Source: a virus (taxonomy: Duplodnaviria > Caudoviricetes). Taken from it: DNA of 64,000 nt. The stretch's first letter is position 1; each line of letters opens with the position of its first letter. The notes beneath the pieces were generated by a model. That model ran no database searches. It worked only from the letters and a program-made list of their open reading frames with translations, and was not told the DNA's origin. The DNA lies in the IMG/VR virus record IMGVR_UViG_3300020718_000278, positions 1-64,000 of that record. One strand, given 5' to 3'. Shown here in pieces: positions 1-8,512 of the stretch. A program made the position numbers and the translations under genes.

Positions 1-2687
1 CCAGCATTATTATTACCGCCTGTTCCCCCTACTCCAGATGACCCATTACCGCCAGTAGAACCACCCCCATTACCGCCACCCCCACCGCCAGCAGTATTAG
101 CTACTGTTGCACCGCCAGCAAAAGCATTTCCACCAGCAGCTCCGTTTCCTAATGGCCCACCAGCGCCACCGCCGCCACCGCCGCCATTTGCAGCAGCAGC
201 AGAAACTGTTGTTAAAGAGCCTTGCCCCCCAATACCACCATTTGCTGTTGCTCCTGTGCCGCCAGCACCACCAACGGATGTTGGAGTTGCCGTGGTTGAT
301 CCACCAATTCCACCAGTAGTTGTATAAACGCCAGAATTAAAAGTGGTTGCTCCGCCTGTACCGCCAGTGCCACCAAAATTTGCTCCAGCAGTGCCACCAG
401 CACCAATAGCATAAGAAATTGTGCCTGATAAAGTTACATTGGTTGCTTTGGTATATCCGCCTCCACCACCTCCGCCACCACCAACCCCGTTAGGGGAACC
501 GTAGGTTCCTCCACCACCACCTCCGCCACCGCCAAATAGATGAATTTCGTTACTAGAGTTAGTCCAACCTGCAGGAACAGTCCAAGAAGTCCCGCTTGTT
601 AATACATAAATGTATTGCTTAGTAATAGGAGTTGTTGCCGCAACACCAAGCACATTTGACTGTAGTTGAGTATGAGTTCCAGCATAAAAAGTTACAGGCG
701 CAAGATTTGCAGTTATATCTTGAATGTTTAAATAATCAATTCCTGATGTTTGATTGGTAATTGATAATGTTGCTGTTGTACCACCAGTAGTAGAAACTAA
801 ATAAACTATACCGCTTGAATTACCAGTTACAGACCATGTGCCAATAGTTTGCGTTGTGCTAGCTGTAAATTTAATAGTATGCAAAAAAGTTCTATTACTG
901 GTAAAAGTTCCAAAAGTATTTGAACCAGAAATAGTTGTTGCTGCACCAGCACTACTTCCTGTTATGTTAAATGTTCCGTATGTTAATCCGCCACCTTCAA
1001 AAATTATATTTGAAGATGTTGTAACGGCATATACAATAGTAGAAGAAGCGCCGCTAAATGTAAGGCCTGTAGGTGTACTTAAATTCCAAGGTGTTCCTGT
1101 GCCAGTTAATGTAACTGTAGAAGTACCAAGAGTTATGGCGGCTGTTCCTGTGGCACTATAGGAGGTAAATGTAGTGCAAGTTAAATTATTATTCTGTGTG
1201 TTAAAAGTTCCATTGCTTAAATTGAAAGTGGAAGTAGAAGAAAAATTTGCTCCAAGATTAACAGTACCACCAGGGGAACTAATGAGAAGCGCGTTTGAAA
1301 AACCTGCACCAGAGGCAGAAATAGTTTGCGTATTTCTACCTTGTATTTGAAGTTGTCCACCCCAGGGACTTGTAATTGATGGGTTTAATAATATGTCACC
1401 AAAATACGGAATGGATACGTTAATTGTTAATGTTATTGCTGTTGTTCTAGCAGACGCATCAATGCCGCTACAAAACCAATAACCAAAAGTTTGAGTTATG
1501 TTTGTTGCTGCGCCAGAATTAGTAAAAGTTGCAGTATCTTGTGGTATTGGAAAATTGTTTACTGATGGAGTACCAGTTGGAGTTGTTGCCCACCCAGCAG
1601 AAGTAAAAGTTTGTGTGCCAGTAAGATTCCAATAAACAGTTTTGGGTGTTGTAAAAGTAATGCCTGAATTTCCTTTAGCATCACCAATGCTTGTGCCAGA
1701 CCAAGTGGCTGCGCCAGCGCCTACAATGTCCCTAAAATCAGTGTTATTTAAAACTACATTAGCTGCTGTAATGGTTACTTGAGTTCCAAATGTACCGCTT
1801 ATTATTCCAGTCCTTGCGGTTGGGGATGTTGCTGTACCTGATGTAAATGTTCCTGTTACAGTAATTGAGTTTGATATATTGTATAAATAAATACCTTCAT
1901 TACCACCTGAGGTTGTGCTATTTCCAGGAATAGTTAAATTGACAAAAGTTGCTGCGCCACTAATGGTGCTTCCAATGCCTGATGATGCTGTATTTGTGGG
2001 GAAAGTTACTGTTCCGTAAGATAATCCACCAGGAGCAAATCCTAAACCAGCATTAGCAGTAGTGAGGTTAATTATTGAACTTGCACCACTAAAAGTCAAA
2101 CCTGTTGTAGTGGTTGCAGTCCAAGGTGTGCTGTTTTGACTGAGATTTAAAGTAGATGTTCCTAAAGTTAAGGAACGAGTTGTTGAACCAGATATATTTA
2201 TTGAGCCATAATTGATTGTATAGTTTGCAGTATTTAAAGAACCTGCAGTTAAAACTAATGCGCTAGAAATACTTGTTCCATTTAAATTACCAGCTAAAGT
2301 CCAACCTCCACCAACACCATTAAATGTAATTGTTCCACCTAAAGTAATAGAGCCAGTATTTACAGTAAATCCAGTTGTTGTAGCTGTAAATGTTAATGAA
2401 GCCGTTGATGCAAAAGAACCGCTAGATGGATAACTTAGACTACCTTTAAGTAAAGATAAAGTACCAGCTAAGGTAATAGCTTGTGTTGCGGTAACAGTTA
2501 AATTTTGACAGGTAGCAGAAGCAGAAGTACAAGTAATTGTTCCTGTACCAGAGCTTGTATCAATAATTACACTATCTGTAGAAGTAGGAACACCAGCACC
2601 ACCAGTACCACTTGAACTTGTTGCCCAGTTAGTTGTGGAAGATGTGTTCCAGGTCCCTGTACCACCAACCCAATAGTACGTTGCCAT
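1..2687 (-). CDS. Gly/Thr/Ser-rich tail fibre or adhesin-like virion protein, 3' end outside the window (>895 aa)
   Basis: Read manually, absent from the ORF track. ATG at 2687 gives MATYYWVGGTGTWNTSSTTNWATSSSGTGGAGVPTSTD..., beta-helix-like repeats, then poly-Gly tracts (FGGGGGGGGG; GGGGGGGAGG). The frame appears open to the window edge. Confidence 0.75.
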   Translation of the reverse strand, partial: MATYYWVGGTGTWNTSSTTNWATSSSGTGGAGVPTSTDSVIIDTSSGTGTITCTSASATCQNLTVTATQAITLAGTLSLLKGSLSYPSSGSFASTASLTFTATTTGFTVNTGSITLGGTITFNGVGGGWTLAGNLNGTSISSALVLTAGSLNTANYTINYGSINISGSTTRSLTLGTSTLNLSQNSTPWTATTTTGLTFSGASSIINLTTANAGLGFAPGGLSYGTVTFPTNTASSGIGSTISGAATFVNLTIPGNSTTSGGNEGIYLYNISNSITVTGTFTSGTATSPTARTGIISGTFGTQVTITAANVVLNNTDFRDIVGAGAATWSGTSIGDAKGNSGITFTTPKTVYWNLTGTQTFTSAGWATTPTGTPSVNNFPIPQDTATFTNSGAATNITQTFGYWFCSGIDASARTTAITLTINVSIPYFGDILLNPSITSPWGGQLQIQGRNTQTISASGAGFSNALLISSPGGTVNLGANFSSTSTFNLSNGTFNTQNNNLTCTTFTSYSATGTAAITLGTSTVTLTGTGTPWNLSTPTGLTFSGASSTIVYAVTTSSNIIFEGGGLTYGTFNITGSSAGAATTISGSNTFGTFTSNRTFLHTIKFTASTTQTIGTWSVTGNSSGIVYLVSTTGGTTATLSITNQTSGIDYLNIQDITANLAPVTFYAGTHTQLQSNVLGVAATTPITKQYIYVLTSGTSWTVPAGWTNSSNEIHLFGGGGGGGGGTYGSPNGVGGGGGGGGGYTKATNVTLSGTISYAIGAGGTAGANFGGTGGTGGATTFNSGVYTTTGGIGGSTTATPTSVGGAGGTGATANGGIGGQGSLTTVSAAAANGGGGGGGAGGPLGNGAAGGNAFAGGATVANTAGGGGGGNGGGSTGGNGSSGVGGTGGNNNA

Positions 2688-2851
2688 TAGTCGCTTACCG
2701 GTGGGTTAAACTGCTGGCCATCCCAGGTATATCCAATGTCACAGAATGGTATTAGTACTAGGCTACAGCCTTCGGGTGGCGTATCTGTAGGTTCGGCTAC
2801 GATGAGGTTTACCACTAGACCGTCTGCGTTGATCACTGCACATGTTGTCAT
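2687..2851 (-). CDS. 54-aa fibre-associated small protein
   Basis: Manual translation MTTCAVINADGLVVNLIVAEPTDTPPEGCSLVLIPFCDIGYTWDGQQFNPPVSD. GGAG SD upstream; TAATG overlap with the fibre gene start. Confidence 0.7.
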   Translation of the reverse strand: MTTCAVINADGLVVNLIVAEPTDTPPEGCSLVLIPFCDIGYTWDGQQFNPPVSD

Positions 2852-2878
2852 AATCTACTCCGTTGATATATTATCTAC

Positions 2879-2884
2879 TATTTA
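2879..2884 (-). promoter_or_regulatory. T4-like late promoter core TAAATA inside the CTACT-AAAT-AGTAG inverted repeat
   Basis: Same motif recurs upstream of many structural genes in this window. Confidence 0.5.
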
Positions 2885-2941
2885 GTAGCGGTCAAGAGTA
2901 GGACTTACAATTTATACCGTGCCAGCGGACGTTATTTTACT

Positions 2942-3127
2942 TTAGTCCGGGCACCACTCAAGACCGCTGTCAATAATTTTTTCTGTACCGTCTTTGAGTT
3001 TGATAGTGTAATAAGTGCGGTGCGCTTCTAAATTTGCGCCCACTACATCTTCTTTGTCAATACCAGCATTGGCGCAGGCATTTGCAAATACTTCTTTCAT
3101 CATTCGTTCGTATTGTCTTGAGTTCAT
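2942..3127 (-). CDS. hypothetical protein, 61 aa
   Basis: ATGA overlap with the upstream endonuclease stop; same strand as the operon. Confidence 0.5.
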   Translation of the reverse strand: MNSRQYERMMKEVFANACANAGIDKEDVVGANLEAHRTYYTIKLKDGTEKIIDSGLEWCPD

Positions 3128-3888
3128 ATTGTTTCCTTTTGTTTTTCAGCTAGTTTGCGTAATATTCCTTGACGTATTCTTTCTTTTTGTTCGGGTGTTC
3201 TTTTTTGGCCACGAGTTTTTTGTGCTTGTTTTTCTCGCTGTTCTTTTGTTTGTGGTTTACGAGCTAATGCGGCTTGTTTAATTCTTTCTAATACTTCTGG
3301 GCGAGTTTCTTTATGTCCTTTGTTTTTAGCAGGCTTACCTTTCTTAGCAGCACTAATGTTGGCTGCTCTTTCTTTAGTACAAGGTTTTCCGTACATAGCA
3401 TTACCTGCTCCCGATTTAATCTTAGACATAATTTCTCGATACTCGTTAGATCTCTCGCCTTTCTTTTTGCCTATATTAGACTCGCTAAGTTTGCGTTTAT
3501 GCTCTTCTGTTTTAGGTTTATCTTTGTGTGTTTCGCTAATACGTTTTGCTCCGCTTTTGGTTAGTACTTTTTTGCCAGCAATATTTCCATTTAACCAAAT
3601 ATCCCTACGTTGTAATACTTTCATTCTACGCAATACTTTAGTTTCCCACGCACCAGGTTTGTCTACATTATCGAATGTTTGTCTTACTTCCCAATCAAAT
3701 GCTTCTATACCGTATTGTTTTATCAAATCGTTAACATCGTTACTACTAGTTGTGTAGTAGATCATTAAATCTTGAAGTGGGGTTCTTTTTAATCGAACAT
3801 TTTTGGTTCTACTACCATAGTAGACTTGCCCGGTTACTTTACATTTAATAAGATAAGTGTATGATTGAATTTCATTTATTAGTTTCAT
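3124..3888 (-). CDS. Seg-like GIY-YIG homing endonuclease with NUMOD3-type repeats
   Basis: N-terminal YTYLIKCKVTGQVYYGSR (GIY-YIG variant). C-terminal repeats HKDKPKTEEHKRKLSES, KGHKETRPE, RGQKRTPEQKERI. Confidence 0.85.
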   Translation of the reverse strand: MKLINEIQSYTYLIKCKVTGQVYYGSRTKNVRLKRTPLQDLMIYYTTSSNDVNDLIKQYGIEAFDWEVRQTFDNVDKPGAWETKVLRRMKVLQRRDIWLNGNIAGKKVLTKSGAKRISETHKDKPKTEEHKRKLSESNIGKKKGERSNEYREIMSKIKSGAGNAMYGKPCTKERAANISAAKKGKPAKNKGHKETRPEVLERIKQAALARKPQTKEQREKQAQKTRGQKRTPEQKERIRQGILRKLAEKQKETI

Positions 3889-3893
3889 AATAG

Positions 3894-3899
3894 TATTTA
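3894..3899 (-). promoter_or_regulatory. late promoter TAAATA, 5 nt upstream of the endonuclease ATG
   Basis: CTAAATACTATTATG on the minus strand. Confidence 0.55.
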
Positions 3900-3950
3900 G
3901 TTTTGTAACGCAACTTCATCTACTAATGTAACATATTATGAATTTAAAGT

Positions 3951-3989
3951 CAACAAAAAAGACACCCGAAAGTGTCTTTTTGTTTGTTG
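3951..3989. terminator. bidirectional intrinsic terminator downstream of the major capsid gene
   Basis: AAAAAAGACAC-CCGAAA-GTGTCTTTTTG inverted repeat with T-tracts on both strands. Confidence 0.85.
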
Positions 3990-4035
3990 CTTTTTGAATA
4001 CGTCGAAAAGACGCAGTACAAAATTTGTCTTTCTC

Positions 4036-5232
4036 TTAGGAAAAGCTCAGATTTTGGACAGCTATCTCCCCCACATAGTCGGCTGCATTTCCAAAAGAAC
4101 TTGCAGTATTTGTTAATTCTACGAATCCGTAACGTGTCATAAAGCTAACGACTGGTTCGAAGCTTGTTGGATCCAACACAACTCCACTACTCATCAGCGG
4201 AATGTATGGGCAATAGAACGCAGCGGCATCAGCCTCTGAAGATCCTTTGTAACCAACCAATACTGATTGTGTATCTGGAGCATAGCTGTTTACGAATACA
4301 CGTAATGAACCGTTGAGAGTACCTACAAACTTGGTGTTTGTTGGAGCTTCGAAAGTTCCTTCTGTTGTACGAGCAAAAGCTGAAGTTGTTGCAGATTGCA
4401 ATACTGTTAAAGCAGCACTACTTACCACTGCCCAGTTGCCAGCGCCACGACGTGTGCGTTGAGCGATCAAGTTAGCAACACGATTGATGAGCACTGCCAA
4501 TGCGGCATGTTCGTCACCAACGAATGTAGCTGTACCTGAAACTGTAGCTTGGTTGTATGTGTACTCTGTAGCAGCCAAAGAAGAAAGACTTAAAAGAATT
4601 TCTTGATCGATCTCAGCTGTGATCTCTTGTGCGAGAGCAGCCATGATTTCAGCTTCTACGTCGATACCATGCATAGCTTGTGCGTCTTGAGCAGATTCAA
4701 ATGTCCAACGAGCTTGTAACTTGCGTGTCTTAGCTTCAACAGCTTGTTTCAAGATCTGGATGGAAATTTGCTTACCGCCAGTACCTTCCATTGTCGCTGT
4801 GTTGTTACCGGTATAACCGTTAGCTTGACTTTGATCAAATGGCAATGTGGAGTATGCTGTAGCAATGGTAAATGGGCTTAGGGCTTCTTGACCAGCTGAT
4901 ACAGAAGTTGCAGCAAGACTATTGTCCTGGAGTGACTGTGCATAACGTACACGCAATGTATGGATCTGGCTTACAGGTCCTGTCATTGGTTGTACACCTA
5001 CCAACTCGTTAGCGATAACTGTTGGCATTACACGTCGAATCACTGGCAGAATTACACGGTTAAGTGTAGCAATGTTTCCTGATGCTGTGGAACCCGATGT
5101 AGCATTCTCTTTCAAGTACTTACGGGTGTTTTCTAGGATTACACTCATGGATGAACGCTTTGAGCCTTGTAGGCCTTCTAGCAATGCATCTTTAGTTTCG
5201 CCCCAGCGGCTTTCTAATAATTGTTGTGACAT
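4036..5232 (-). CDS. gp23: major capsid protein, T4 gp23-like
   Basis: Motifs RRVMPTVIANELVGVQPMTGP, KQAVEAKTRKLQARWTFESAQD, ALAQEITAEIDQEIL, FYCPYIPL, FMTRYG. Confidence 0.96.
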   Translation of the reverse strand: MSQQLLESRWGETKDALLEGLQGSKRSSMSVILENTRKYLKENATSGSTASGNIATLNRVILPVIRRVMPTVIANELVGVQPMTGPVSQIHTLRVRYAQSLQDNSLAATSVSAGQEALSPFTIATAYSTLPFDQSQANGYTGNNTATMEGTGGKQISIQILKQAVEAKTRKLQARWTFESAQDAQAMHGIDVEAEIMAALAQEITAEIDQEILLSLSSLAATEYTYNQATVSGTATFVGDEHAALAVLINRVANLIAQRTRRGAGNWAVVSSAALTVLQSATTSAFARTTEGTFEAPTNTKFVGTLNGSLRVFVNSYAPDTQSVLVGYKGSSEADAAAFYCPYIPLMSSGVVLDPTSFEPVVSFMTRYGFVELTNTASSFGNAADYVGEIAVQNLSFS

Positions 5233-5254
5233 TTAAGTCTCCCTATTTTCTTTT

Positions 5255-6367
5255 TTACAGCCCTGCCAAACGCTTTAAGTCAATAACGTTGCTGTTTTCT
5301 TCAGCTTCGTCATCTTGCTCTTGGCGGACAGATTTATCACCAGTTGCTTCAGTTAATGTTTCAGTAATTACTGGACGAGCTTTTACCGAACGATTCTCTA
5401 ATACAGCTGGTAGATACTTTTCAAAAGCGTTTTTCAAACGTGGAGTTTGTACGCTTTCAAGCAAATTGCGCATTACTTCCGCTTTCTCTTCGTTTAGAGG
5501 AGAAAGTAGTTCATCCATTAGCTTACTACGCTCATTGGATTCTTTAGTAATACGTAATTCACGTTCTTTGGATTCGACAAGAACAGTTGCTTTCTTGGCG
5601 AATTTGATGGCTTCTGACAGTTTGGCATCTTTGGCAGCAATAACATCATGCAATTTACGAACTTCGGCTTTTTCATTTAAATGAGTAGCTCCAAATTCTG
5701 CTGAGTATGCTTCAAAAATACGACGACCAAAATTGTTCTCGCGAGCAACTTGGATGTCTTCTTTTAACTGGCCGAGTTCAGCCTTGAGATGCTTGGAAAC
5801 AGCATGTGTCATCTTGTTAGCAGATTCTTTTACGAAACGTGCTTTTAAGCCTTCTAACTGTTGACGTGCATTGGAAACTAAGCGAACTTTTGTTTCAACT
5901 ACATCACGTTTGTCTTGGGCAAATTCTTGGATTTCACGAGCCAACGCATGAACGATAAAGCCTTCCAATTTCTGGAGACCTTCGTTATGTGTTTTACGGT
6001 CTCGGCGCAACTCGCCAATTTCTTCAGCCAATTTAGAAACCATAAAGTTATTAAACTTTACTCCGGATTCTTTCATTTTGCCTTGAAACTTGACACGGTC
6101 TTCTGCAAGTGCCAACTTTTCAGCTTTTACTTGCTCAACTTCTGCGATGAGACTTTCTGTTACCATACGATCTAGGGCTTCCACCATCACTTGTTTGTCA
6201 TGCTCATAGCGTTGTGCAAACTCTTCGCGGAGTTCTGCACGTGCTTGTTCTTTAGCTTCAACTAACTTGGCTTCCCAAGCTTCATTGATTTCTGAACGTG
6301 CTTCTTCAGTAACAAGCTCACTATCTAGTAACGGTTTTAGTGCGTCTAGCATTTTATTTTCCTTCAA
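5255..6367 (-). CDS. gp22: prohead core scaffolding protein, gp22-like
   Basis: Coiled-coil, E/K-rich (EAWEAKLVEAKEQARAELREEFAQRYEHDK); lies between protease and capsid genes. Confidence 0.85.
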   Translation of the reverse strand: MKENKMLDALKPLLDSELVTEEARSEINEAWEAKLVEAKEQARAELREEFAQRYEHDKQVMVEALDRMVTESLIAEVEQVKAEKLALAEDRVKFQGKMKESGVKFNNFMVSKLAEEIGELRRDRKTHNEGLQKLEGFIVHALAREIQEFAQDKRDVVETKVRLVSNARQQLEGLKARFVKESANKMTHAVSKHLKAELGQLKEDIQVARENNFGRRIFEAYSAEFGATHLNEKAEVRKLHDVIAAKDAKLSEAIKFAKKATVLVESKERELRITKESNERSKLMDELLSPLNEEKAEVMRNLLESVQTPRLKNAFEKYLPAVLENRSVKARPVITETLTEATGDKSVRQEQDDEAEENSNVIDLKRLAGL

Positions 6368-7007
6368 TCTTAAGATCTTTAATCAACTTTAATACTTCGT
6401 TTTTCAAATATCTCTGTACTTTGTTGTCCTGTCCTGCTTCTTTTGCCATCTCAAAGATTCTATGACCGTGCTTCATGTTAATGAGGCCTTCATAGATAGC
6501 TGTTGGATACGCATTGGGCGCAGAAGGCTGGGCAACCACATCCACAGTGACAATTTCAAAGTCACTGACATGTCCGTTATGGTCGTTTACATTTCCTGAT
6601 CCACGACTACTAACACCTAATTTAACACCACTGTCCAACATTGTTTTTACTAATGTTCCCATTGGTGTTGGTAATACTTTTAATTTTCCGTAACCACAAG
6701 GACCTTCCATCCACATGTTGCAAATCATGTGACTTACGCGATCTAAATTAATTTTTAAATCATCCGGATGGTCCACTTCTCCCAAAACTGAATGTCCAGT
6801 TTTAATTTGCTCATTGATAGTATCTACTGCTTTAGAAATTTCATGTACTGGATAGATACGTTCATTTGCATTGCGAACTCCGCCCTCAATACAAATACCC
6901 TTCATGTAAAGAGTTTTGCCGGATCCATCGGCAGCTTCCTCAGTGAGCAATTCAATGCCCGCCTGAGTGAAGCTTAGATGTTCCTTAAGATAAGTGTTGC
7001 GAGCCAT
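6354..7007 (-). CDS. gp21: prohead maturation protease, gp21-like
   Basis: Catalytic motifs LGEVDHP and LGVSSRGSG; NANERIYP; DVVAQPSAPNAYP. Confidence 0.95.
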   Translation of the reverse strand: MARNTYLKEHLSFTQAGIELLTEEAADGSGKTLYMKGICIEGGVRNANERIYPVHEISKAVDTINEQIKTGHSVLGEVDHPDDLKINLDRVSHMICNMWMEGPCGYGKLKVLPTPMGTLVKTMLDSGVKLGVSSRGSGNVNDHNGHVSDFEIVTVDVVAQPSAPNAYPTAIYEGLINMKHGHRIFEMAKEAGQDNKVQRYLKNEVLKLIKDLKIEGK

Positions 7008-7016
7008 ATCTATGGA

Positions 7017-8168
7017 TTAACCTTTTGGGAAAGGTGTGCGTGTGTTAACACCAGTTGCTTGGGCCAAATGTGGCTTAGTTGCTGGTTCTTGCTTGCTACC
7101 GTCTTTTGCTGGGACGTTTTTAAACTTGTTTGCGCCTGGAAGATCGCCACGACCTTTGTCAGCATAACTTGTTGGAGCTTTGTAAGCGGATGTGCCATCT
7201 GGATTAGCTTCAGATGCTACATTGCGTACTGGAGCACCTTGCATTCCGGCTTTACCAGAGTTAAAAGCTGTCGTTGAACGTGTGTTTGTTCCGGCTGGCT
7301 CTGTTGTAACTGGCTTAGGAGCAGCTGGCAAACTAATGTTTTCACGCATTGGCTCGTCATGGAATTCACTTGTGTCGTCGTCAGCATAAGCATCGCCGCC
7401 TACTTCATCATCATTTGGTTCCATATCAAATTCATCTTCGCCGCCTTCGTGATCTTCGTCACCCATAAGTTGCTCAAATTCAGCCATTAATTCGTCAAGT
7501 TTGTCTTCGAGATCAACTACGCGATCTTCTAAACCTTCTTCATCATGATCATGTTCCATATCATGTGTCATATCTTTGCCGTCTTCTTCAGCTTCGTCAT
7601 CAAACTCAGCATCTGATTCTTCATACATACCAGATTCATCAGTTTCAACTTCACTCATTAAATCTTCGGAAGCGTTACCGGAAGTGTCATCCATGCCTTC
7701 ACTTAATCCAGCACCGCCTTGCTTGGCTTGCAACGCAGCCATAACTTTTTTCAACATTTCACTTTGCGGAGTACTAGCACCACCTGCTTGTGATAATTTC
7801 ATAGCTTGGTCAAGTAAATCTTTTATTTTAGCTTCATTAGGATTAGCAGGAGCACTTGATCCATCATGCTCATCACTACCTGAATGCTTTTCTAATTCGT
7901 TTTGTGCGTTACTGCCCATAATGGCTCCGCCTAAACCTGCGCCAAGACTGCCGAGAACGCCGCCGCCCATTGCGCGATTAGCTTTATAAGCACCATAACC
8001 ACCTAGTGCTCCGCCGATCAAACCTTCTTCTACCTCATCTTCTTCACTCATAAGGTTTTCATAAATCTCACGACTTTTTTCTACTACGATGTCGTGGAAT
8101 AATTCTTTAGCTTTCGCTTCTTCATCGTTAATTACATATTCAATTAACTGTTCAAATTTCGATGTCAT
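7017..8168 (-). CDS. acidic prohead core or internal head protein with a glycine-zipper segment
   Basis: D/E-rich, located between portal and protease as T4 gp67/gp68 are; contains LEDRVVDLEDKLDELMAEFEQLM. Confidence 0.6.
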   Translation of the reverse strand: MTSKFEQLIEYVINDEEAKAKELFHDIVVEKSREIYENLMSEEDEVEEGLIGGALGGYGAYKANRAMGGGVLGSLGAGLGGAIMGSNAQNELEKHSGSDEHDGSSAPANPNEAKIKDLLDQAMKLSQAGGASTPQSEMLKKVMAALQAKQGGAGLSEGMDDTSGNASEDLMSEVETDESGMYEESDAEFDDEAEEDGKDMTHDMEHDHDEEGLEDRVVDLEDKLDELMAEFEQLMGDEDHEGGEDEFDMEPNDDEVGGDAYADDDTSEFHDEPMRENISLPAAPKPVTTEPAGTNTRSTTAFNSGKAGMQGAPVRNVASEANPDGTSAYKAPTSYADKGRGDLPGANKFKNVPAKDGSKQEPATKPHLAQATGVNTRTPFPKG

Positions 8169-8264
8169 TTATTTCTCCTTTAGATGGCTCGTGAAAGTAT
8201 TTAACTGTTATAGTTAAAAACTAGTATATAATGACTAAAAAATGGTTATTTTATGCGGGTTTTA

Positions 8265-8483
8265 TTACGCTGCCGGCTGCATGGGCGGGGAGTATTGCAT
8301 ACTTAAAAATTTTAATTTATTTTGAAATTCTATTTCACGAAGTTCATTCATTTTACGCAATTTGTTTAATTGTTTTAATGTAAGACGAGATTTTCTCAGT
8401 TGGCCCATTTCTGGTTGTGTATTATCTTGTGATAAATCCTGGTATGCACTAGGGCTGCGGTCGTAAAGTTCGTTAAGAATCAT
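8265..8483 (-). CDS. small head-module hypothetical protein, 72 aa
   Basis: ORF directly downstream of portal, with TAAATA 8 nt upstream of the ATG. Confidence 0.75.
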   Translation of the reverse strand: MILNELYDRSPSAYQDLSQDNTQPEMGQLRKSRLTLKQLNKLRKMNELREIEFQNKLKFLSMQYSPPMQPAA

Positions 8484-8512
8484 AGTAATATTATTTATTC
8501 AATTGAATTAAA

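Noticed and set aside
107-1161. Short track ORFs (107..319, 212..412, 838..1161)
   Set aside because: Shadows of the Gly-rich fibre gene; low-complexity translations with no start context.
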